DNA of 64,000 nt, taken from positions 30,183-94,182 of the forward strand of contig CAZUBM010000007.1 of assembly GCA_964618805.1 (NCBI GenBank), written 5' to 3'. The stretch comes from an uncultured Nitrososphaerota archaeon (GTDB lineage: Archaea > Korarchaeota > Korarchaeia > Korarchaeales > Korarchaeaceae). The translations under genes and the position numbers were made by a program. Numbering within the stretch: position 1 is the first letter of the stretch; each line of letters starts with the position of its first letter. The notes under the pieces were generated by a model. That model worked only from the letters and a program-made list of their open reading frames with translations. It made no database searches and was not told where the DNA came from. Of the stretch, positions 38,974 through 44,819 are shown piece by piece.

Positions 38974-39423
38974 ATGACCCTCAGGAAAGGAGTCTCGCAG
39001 GTCACTACAGCTGTGGTGCTAATGGTGCTTGGCATAGCCCTAGCTGTCTTAGTCTATCAAGTGGTGCTAGGAACTAGCAGGGGTAGCTACTCAAGAATTG
39101 AGGCTGGTACTCCAAAATCTAACATAAAAATAATGGATCTCGATCCCGGAAACCCATCAAACGGAGTTCCTGCAAAGATCTATGTTAGAAACCTTGGACC
39201 ATTGGACATCGAGTTCTCTGGGCCTCAGGAATGGCAGGTTTTCATCGACAACCAGCCGATGAGCATACTTACAATGGATCCGGCTCAGGGAACTCTGGGA
39301 GTTAACGAGGTACTCAACATAACCCTTACAGAGGCAGTTAACGCTTCATTTTCCCACACAATCAAGGTTTATGGACCATATGCTACCGTTGCGTTTGCTG
39401 GGTGGTCTCCAGGAGGGGGATGA
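38974..39423 (+). CDS. type IV pilin with class III signal peptide; distant paralog of the major pilins
   Basis: RKG/VSQVTTAVVLMVLGIALAVLVY; shares VRNLGP, WQVFIDN and IKVYGP with the 42987 and 44159 pilins. Confidence 0.85.
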   Translation: MTLRKGVSQVTTAVVLMVLGIALAVLVYQVVLGTSRGSYSRIEAGTPKSNIKIMDLDPGNPSNGVPAKIYVRNLGPLDIEFSGPQEWQVFIDNQPMSILTMDPAQGTLGVNEVLNITLTEAVNASFSHTIKVYGPYATVAFAGWSPGGG

Positions 39424-39426
39424 GTT

Positions 39427-40326
39427 ATGATGAGAAAAGGTGCTGGTACAATTCTGCTTATAGGATTTGCGATAACAGTGCTTATAATGACCCTAGCTGC
39501 CTATCTCTCCCCGCCAGAGATAAAGATGCAAGCGGGGGTACATGAGGAGTTTGTAGACTCGCTGTCCTACCTCACATCCGTGGTAGACACAGCCGCTAGG
39601 CTACCGGGCACTACGGAGGAGAAGGCGGACTTCATAAACAAGTCCTTCTCCTACCTGAGCAGGAAGCTTATAGAGAAGGGAATAAACCTCACATACATTA
39701 ACATAACTCTTCCTGCTGCAGGCGGTGGAGAGGACAACGTTCTAGTAATTTACACGTTGACGAAAGGTGACACATTCTTCACAGGGATTCTGACCACAAA
39801 TCTAACAGCTATTGAAGAGGGAATAGGATTTGGCCATGGTGGAGGGGGAGGAGCACCTCCCGGAGGAAGCGGAGGGGAATCTCCATTTGGAACGTTCCCA
39901 GGGAAGATAGCGTTCTTCCCTGACATCAAGCGGGTGCCCTCTCCGATCATGCTCCTGGTCTTCAACTTCGATCCGACCGATTATAACCTCACGATCGAGT
40001 TTGATGGTGGAGATTGGACCCTCTGGGGTTGGTACATAAACTTCAGGCCGTTGTGGATGAAGTGGTTCTGGGCACCGCGTACCATGGATGTGTACATCTC
40101 CACTAGGGAGGGAGGTATCACTGGATTAGGGTACGTGTACATCCAGACCTTGAGGACGTCATCTGGAGACGACTATGTGCACTTCTATCCGAAAGAGGAG
40201 CCCGATCGTGTTAGTACGACGCAAATTCACTACACTAACGACTTTAAAGAATTCATAGACACCTGGAAGGAAGGCATAAAGGAGGGCGTTAGCAATCTAA
40301 GGAGATGGGCCAGAGCAGGAAGGTAA
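39427..40326 (+). CDS. minor pilin-like protein with Gly/Pro linker and Trp-rich C-terminal domain
   Basis: MMRKG/AGTILLIGFAITVLI; operon context. Confidence 0.65.
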   Translation: MMRKGAGTILLIGFAITVLIMTLAAYLSPPEIKMQAGVHEEFVDSLSYLTSVVDTAARLPGTTEEKADFINKSFSYLSRKLIEKGINLTYINITLPAAGGGEDNVLVIYTLTKGDTFFTGILTTNLTAIEEGIGFGHGGGGGAPPGGSGGESPFGTFPGKIAFFPDIKRVPSPIMLLVFNFDPTDYNLTIEFDGGDWTLWGWYINFRPLWMKWFWAPRTMDVYISTREGGITGLGYVYIQTLRTSSGDDYVHFYPKEEPDRVSTTQIHYTNDFKEFIDTWKEGIKEGVSNLRRWARAGR

Positions 40327-40341
40327 GGGGTTTCAGGGTAA

Positions 40342-40830
40342 ATGAAGCAGATAATAGCCTTCATCGTCTCTACTCTGATACTTTCAGTCTACGGAACCTA
40401 TGCTGTCCTCCAACTTAAGACCTTGAGTACAAAGGTTAATGAGGCGGTTGAACATAGGGCCGATTTGGTGGTCAGGCAGCTGTTGGAGAACTCTGGAAAC
40501 TGGTCTGTATCCCCTCCCTCAATAGGTCTGGCCGTCTCTGAGGAGGGACAAGCGGGAAAATTCGTATACCCTTACGTGATAGATGTTAATAAACTTAGCC
40601 AGCTCATCTCCCTGAATTACAGCACGCTAAGGGCCAGTCTTTCACCCGGGGACTACGATGTCAGGATCGTTTTCTATTATTATAACGAGAGCTCTGGATC
40701 CTTCCCCGAATCCCCGAGCCTAGTCATTGGATCCAGCATAATTGGTGAGATAAGAGCTACTAGGCATGTCTTAGCCCGTCTGTCCAATGGGACCTTATGC
40801 GAGGTTAGGGTTATCGTTTCTGGAGGTTAG
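40342..40830 (+). CDS. minor pilin-like protein
   Basis: N-terminal hydrophobic helix then amphipathic helix; SGNW...IGLA motif; several NxS/T sequons. Confidence 0.6.
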   Translation: MKQIIAFIVSTLILSVYGTYAVLQLKTLSTKVNEAVEHRADLVVRQLLENSGNWSVSPPSIGLAVSEEGQAGKFVYPYVIDVNKLSQLISLNYSTLRASLSPGDYDVRIVFYYYNESSGSFPESPSLVIGSSIIGEIRATRHVLARLSNGTLCEVRVIVSGG

Positions 40831-40833
40831 GAC

Positions 40834-41874
40834 ATGATAAGCGAACCCATAGAGGCTGTGATAGCTGTAGTCCTAGTGACAATAGCCCTAGCGACTGTTA
40901 TAACATACATGAGAGTTATAACAAGGCAGGAGATAGTTTCTGAGAGAGTTTTGGCAAGAAGCGTAGCCTCCGTTCTCGCCGATCTATATGCTAGAGACTT
41001 CGTAATGTACGGAAATATCTCATTTCAGGAGTTTAGGAACAAAGTTGGAGAGATCTGCTCTTTAACCTGGAAGAGAACTGGGGTTTGGGTAAACGTTAGC
41101 ATGTACATGATTTTCCTGAATGGGACAGAGGTCGAGTTCCAGGTAAATTCCACGAAAGTCCCTAGACCTCAAGGAGACAAGATAATCGTCATGGTTCCTG
41201 TCATGCCCAGAAGCGCGAGCTCCGAGATACACTGGTACTGCCTCTCCTATAGGGATTCCTATTACGTGCAGCAGCACTCAGTAGGAGCCATAACGTGGTG
41301 GGAGGGGGAGACTGCCAGGTTCTACTTCGTAGCCTACGGAGAAGATGGTCTCCCGATCCAAGGGGGGCATGCCCAGGTGACTGTTTACACAAACCTGGGA
41401 GAACTGGTAGGTACAGAAGGGGCTAACCTGGTCAACGGAATGTGTAAGATCGCCATGACCATGGGAGGAAGCGGACCTGCTCCGACGAAAATTCACGTTT
41501 TTGCCAATTACACAGGTCCCAATGGGGAAAGTTTTCCAACTAGAAGCTTCTGGGTAGACCTGGAGAGCGGAGATCCTTACAGCAGAGGAGAACAACATCT
41601 CATAGTTAATGAGACAGCTCAGGAAGATCATCACTTCTACGCCGGAGAGACTATCTACGGGAGGACCGCCAACAGGATGAACCTGACGAGCATAAGGGAT
41701 TTCCTTAAGGATTTGAGCCTGCCTCTCCCCATAAATAACATTAGCCTAGCTCAGGGTCCCTACAACGCCTCAATCATTAATGGATTCGATACAAGCAGCA
41801 GGGCCAACGTACCTTTCTTCATATTCCCCTATACTGTGAGAATAGAGGTTGAAGTGATAGCTCCAAGGGGATAG
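40834..41874 (+). CDS. minor pilin/adhesin-like protein
   Basis: MISEPIEAVIAVVLVTIALA pilin-like helix; large beta-rich region; many sequons. Confidence 0.6.
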   Translation: MISEPIEAVIAVVLVTIALATVITYMRVITRQEIVSERVLARSVASVLADLYARDFVMYGNISFQEFRNKVGEICSLTWKRTGVWVNVSMYMIFLNGTEVEFQVNSTKVPRPQGDKIIVMVPVMPRSASSEIHWYCLSYRDSYYVQQHSVGAITWWEGETARFYFVAYGEDGLPIQGGHAQVTVYTNLGELVGTEGANLVNGMCKIAMTMGGSGPAPTKIHVFANYTGPNGESFPTRSFWVDLESGDPYSRGEQHLIVNETAQEDHHFYAGETIYGRTANRMNLTSIRDFLKDLSLPLPINNISLAQGPYNASIINGFDTSSRANVPFFIFPYTVRIEVEVIAPRG

Positions 41875-41876
41875 AG

Positions 41877-42371
41877 ATGGAAGAGGTCGTCGAATCCGTT
41901 GTTGCTCTCGTCTTAGCTACGGCCATAATAATCGCAAGTTTGATGCTGATATATCCTTATATGAAGGCCAGACAGGCGGAGCAACGCCTTGAGATAGGGG
42001 AGAGGATAGCTTATTCCATCGCAAATACCTTGGAAGGGGTTGTTGCATCTGGGGTTGGGGCTTCCTCCACGATATCAATAGTCCTGCCGAAGGACATAGT
42101 TATAGTCTACGGGAACAACTCGGTGGATGTGGTGGTGATAAACGCCCCGAGATATGAGGACAACCTCACCCTAGCCAACCTTTCAATCACCTACATAACC
42201 CTGAACCCTCATGGAACCGAAATAATAATTTCAGTCCAACTAAAGTCTGGATGGCGGCTTTTAATGTCTGGACTGGCTTCTTCAGGCCAGGAAAACCAAC
42301 TTTTAATTGAGTATCGGTCGTACAATGCCACGACAAATGTAGGTACTATAAGACTGCAGTGGGGAGGTTAG
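41877..42371 (+). CDS. minor pilin-like protein
   Basis: MEEVVESVVALVLATAII; IANTLEGVVASGVGASSTISIVLP resembles archaeal minor pilins. Confidence 0.65.
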   Translation: MEEVVESVVALVLATAIIIASLMLIYPYMKARQAEQRLEIGERIAYSIANTLEGVVASGVGASSTISIVLPKDIVIVYGNNSVDVVVINAPRYEDNLTLANLSITYITLNPHGTEIIISVQLKSGWRLLMSGLASSGQENQLLIEYRSYNATTNVGTIRLQWGG

Positions 42372-42372
42372 C

Positions 42373-42813
42373 TTGAGAAGGGCAGTAATTTGGACAGCTC
42401 TTGCATTAATAGGGTTTATCCTAGCTTCTTTCTTCCTGTTCATCAGGCCATATTTCGTGGAGATGAATTTAAGAAAGGAAGCTCAAGCCATAGCCGAGGT
42501 CGTTGCCTCAGAAATATCTTTTATGTCTAGAATGAGGGAAGGTGGAGCTTTATCTGGTCAGAGAATCGTTAACATAGAGCTTGAGGGGAGCAAAGTGGCT
42601 GAAATTATGATATACAATGAAAGCGTTGTCGTCAGGCTTATCTCTGGAAGGCACGCTGTCATGGCGAACATAAGCTATTACTCCTCCGTCCCTGTAAAGG
42701 CCCCCCCTAAAGTGTATAACGGTGAGGTTATCTTCCTCCTCTTCTATAACGAGACCGTGGGCTCTTACTTCATCCTCGTATCTAACATAGTGGGGGAAAG
42801 CCCAAGGGGGTGA
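42373..42813 (+). CDS. minor pilin-like protein
   Basis: MRRA/VIWTALALIGFIL class III-like signal; EAQAIAEVVASEI helix. Confidence 0.65.
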   Translation: MRRAVIWTALALIGFILASFFLFIRPYFVEMNLRKEAQAIAEVVASEISFMSRMREGGALSGQRIVNIELEGSKVAEIMIYNESVVVRLISGRHAVMANISYYSSVPVKAPPKVYNGEVIFLLFYNETVGSYFILVSNIVGESPRG

Positions 42814-42924
42814 AATCATTTCTACCTTGAAATATATGTAAAGTACTTTCGAGCACATATAATTGCTCTCCGGGCTCAGATGCCAAGATTATACTTTTTT
42901 GTGAAAAGATATGAGTATAAGAGC

Positions 42925-43118
42925 ATTTTTATAGAACTAATAAATTACTTTATATAATACACGAAGGGATAAGAGGGGGTTTGAGCATGAAGAGAGCGGG
43001 AATCTCTAGAGTGGTTGTGGAAGTCATAATCCTCGTTATAGGAGTTGCGCTGGCCCTGCTGATCTTCAGCCCAATAGGTAGCTACATATTTGGAGCTCTG
43101 GGAAGAACCTCTGCTGTC
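42925..43118 (+). repeat. direct repeat copy 1 (pilin promoter, RBS and first 44 codons)
   Basis: matches 44096-44290 except A vs GG near 42947 and C vs T at 43108/44280. Confidence 0.95.
42949..42956 (+). promoter_or_regulatory. TATA box of major pilin A (TTTATATA); identical copy at 44121-44128
   Basis: A-rich BRE-like sequence upstream; about 30 nt before the start; GAGGGGG RBS follows. Confidence 0.65.
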
Positions 43119-43442
43119 GGTGGACAGACCACAATTAGCATACTTTCGGCTAGTGTGGATGATGAAGGCAACATGCACATCCATGTGAAAAACCTTGGTC
43201 CCAATGATGTTCAGGTTAATAGCACTACTGCTAACAAAAGTTGGCAGGTATTCATTAACAATGATGCTACGAGCATAGGCTATGCTTCAGAAAGTACTGG
43301 AGAGGATGACGGAATATTTGCAAAAGAAGAAGTCATAGAACTTGTTACTTCTGATGCTACGTTCTCCAAAACTAGCTCTTATACAATAATAGTCTACGGA
43401 CCAGGCGGAACCCAGACAGAATACCTTTACAGGGGAGGCTAA
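42981..43442 (+). CDS. major type IV pilin A
   Basis: MKRAG/ISRVVVEVIILVIGVALALLIF; own promoter and terminator; ATG 42987 is an alternative start. Confidence 0.88.
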   Translation: MSMKRAGISRVVVEVIILVIGVALALLIFSPIGSYIFGALGRTSAVGGQTTISILSASVDDEGNMHIHVKNLGPNDVQVNSTTANKSWQVFINNDATSIGYASESTGEDDGIFAKEEVIELVTSDATFSKTSSYTIIVYGPGGTQTEYLYRGG

Positions 43443-43456
43443 TCTCCTCCTTTTTT
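43431..43456 (+). terminator. hairpin plus T6 tract overlapping the pilin A stop
   Basis: GGAGG-ctaa-TCTCC followed by TCC and TTTTTT. Confidence 0.55.
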
Positions 43457-43663
43457 ATTGCTTTCTTTTAATCTAACTTGTGAGATTAAATATAATTGTC
43501 CGGTGAATAGGGTTAGCTATCCAGACTTTTTATCCAAATAACCTAATTACATCAAAGTTTATGGCTTTTTAAAAGAGGTATGAAAGTTTGACGTTAATCC
43601 ACACCATTTTATTTGTCCAGCGCTCCTAAAATTAAGTTAGTTGGGTTCTGGTCGCGACCCTAA

Positions 43664-44090
43664 ATGAAACAAACCTTAAGGCGAGAGGTCCTAAAGCCAA
43701 TAAAGGAGGAGGAAAAGAGGGCACTTGAGCCAAGAGATCTTGAAGAAGTCGTAGAACTCGTGAAAGGGGTTGTCTGGAGAGGTACTAAAGGACAGAGGTA
43801 CATAGTTGTAGAGCCTCCTCCCCCGGACGGTGAAGTGCTCCAAAAGGCAAAGGACTACGTGCTTTCTAGAATTAGCTTTGAGGATTTGAACAAACTGCAG
43901 AAGATATATGAGTGGGGGAAAAGGCGCTAAAGGAGCTCAAAAAGAAGTACGATGAGGAGGCCCTGGAGTCCCTCATATACTATTTGAAGAGGGATATAGA
44001 GGGGTATAGAGGGTTTAGGAAAGCTGGAACCAATCATGAGAGATCCTTACGTCGAGGACGTTACCCTCCCTGCTAGAGGAGGTAGGAAGC
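43664..44090 (+). pseudogene. truncated, frameshifted, diverged copy of the 5' end of the pilus ATPase
   Basis: VELVKGVVWRGTKGQRYIVVEP...SLIYYLKRDIEG...DPYVEDVTLPARGGRK; frameshift near 43920, 10-nt duplication (TATAGAGGGG) near 44000, abrupt fusion to the pilin B promoter. Confidence 0.92.
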
Positions 44091-44095
44091 GCGCT

Positions 44096-44290
44096 ATTTT
44101 TATAGAACTAATAAATTGGCTTTATATAATACACGAAGGGATAAGAGGGGGTTTGAGCATGAAGAGAGCGGGAATCTCTAGAGTGGTTGTGGAAGTCATA
44201 ATCCTCGTTATAGGAGTTGCGCTGGCCCTGCTGATCTTCAGCCCAATAGGTAGCTACATATTTGGAGCTCTGGGAAGAATCTCTGCTGTC
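44096..44290 (+). repeat. direct repeat copy 2 (pilin promoter, RBS and first 44 codons)
   Basis: near-identical to 42925-43118; spacing 1171-1172 bp. Confidence 0.95.
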
Positions 44291-44608
44291 AGTGGGCAAA
44301 CTACGATTGCTATACTCACGGTATCTGGCATGGGGGAGGCAAATGGTATGATATACGTGAAGAACTTAGGACCCAAGGATCTGTCAGGTGCCAACAGCAC
44401 CACTGCATGGCAGGTCTTCATCGATAATACAAAGCTTACGGTGTCAGGCGTTGGAGGGGCAGTAGGCACTAATGACGAGGTCTTGGAGGTCGACGGGGTT
44501 GCCGAGTTGACCGTTAATCTTAGTGCCTACAGCGCCACCAGTAGCTACACGATCATAGTCTATGGACCAGGCGGAACCCAGACAGAATACCTTTACAGAG
44601 GAGGGTAA
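44153..44608 (+). CDS. major type IV pilin B
   Basis: same N-terminus and same C-terminal SSYTIIVYGPGGTQTEYLYRGG as pilin A, different core; the ORF-track start at 44036 is an artefact of the ATPase fragment. Confidence 0.88.
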   Translation: MSMKRAGISRVVVEVIILVIGVALALLIFSPIGSYIFGALGRISAVSGQTTIAILTVSGMGEANGMIYVKNLGPKDLSGANSTTAWQVFIDNTKLTVSGVGGAVGTNDEVLEVDGVAELTVNLSAYSATSSYTIIVYGPGGTQTEYLYRGG

Positions 44609-44628
44609 AACCCCTTCTCTCCTTTTTT
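44597..44628 (+). terminator. hairpin plus T6 tract overlapping the pilin B stop
   Basis: AGAGGAGGG-taaaac-CCCTTCTCT (9 bp, one G-U) followed by CC and TTTTTT. Confidence 0.65.
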
Positions 44629-44819
44629 AAAAAGTAAAACCTGATGAATGATCTTTTTTGACCTAACCCGTGTTTGTATAATTCCCTCTAATCTCCTGTT
44701 TCTTTGTAGTGTTCATGCAATCAATTTAAGAAGGGAGATCTGAGTTAGAGGTCGATCCACATCATTTTTATTATGAGATCCCAAATAAGTAAAAGAATAG
44801 ATAGAGAGGTTACCCTTAT

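Noticed and set aside
44036-44152. ORF-track N-terminal extension of pilin B (ATPase-pilin fusion)
   Set aside because: Chance in-frame read-through from the ATPase stub across the duplicated promoter; the RBS and paralog A place the start at 44153/44159
39400-44608. Many pilus proteins end in GG or RG, like ubiquitin/SAMP tails, with an E1-like gene at 51445
   Set aside because: The codons double as GGAGG ribosome-binding sites for the next gene or as terminator stems; the proteins are extracellular, and the E1-like gene sits with the Moco genes
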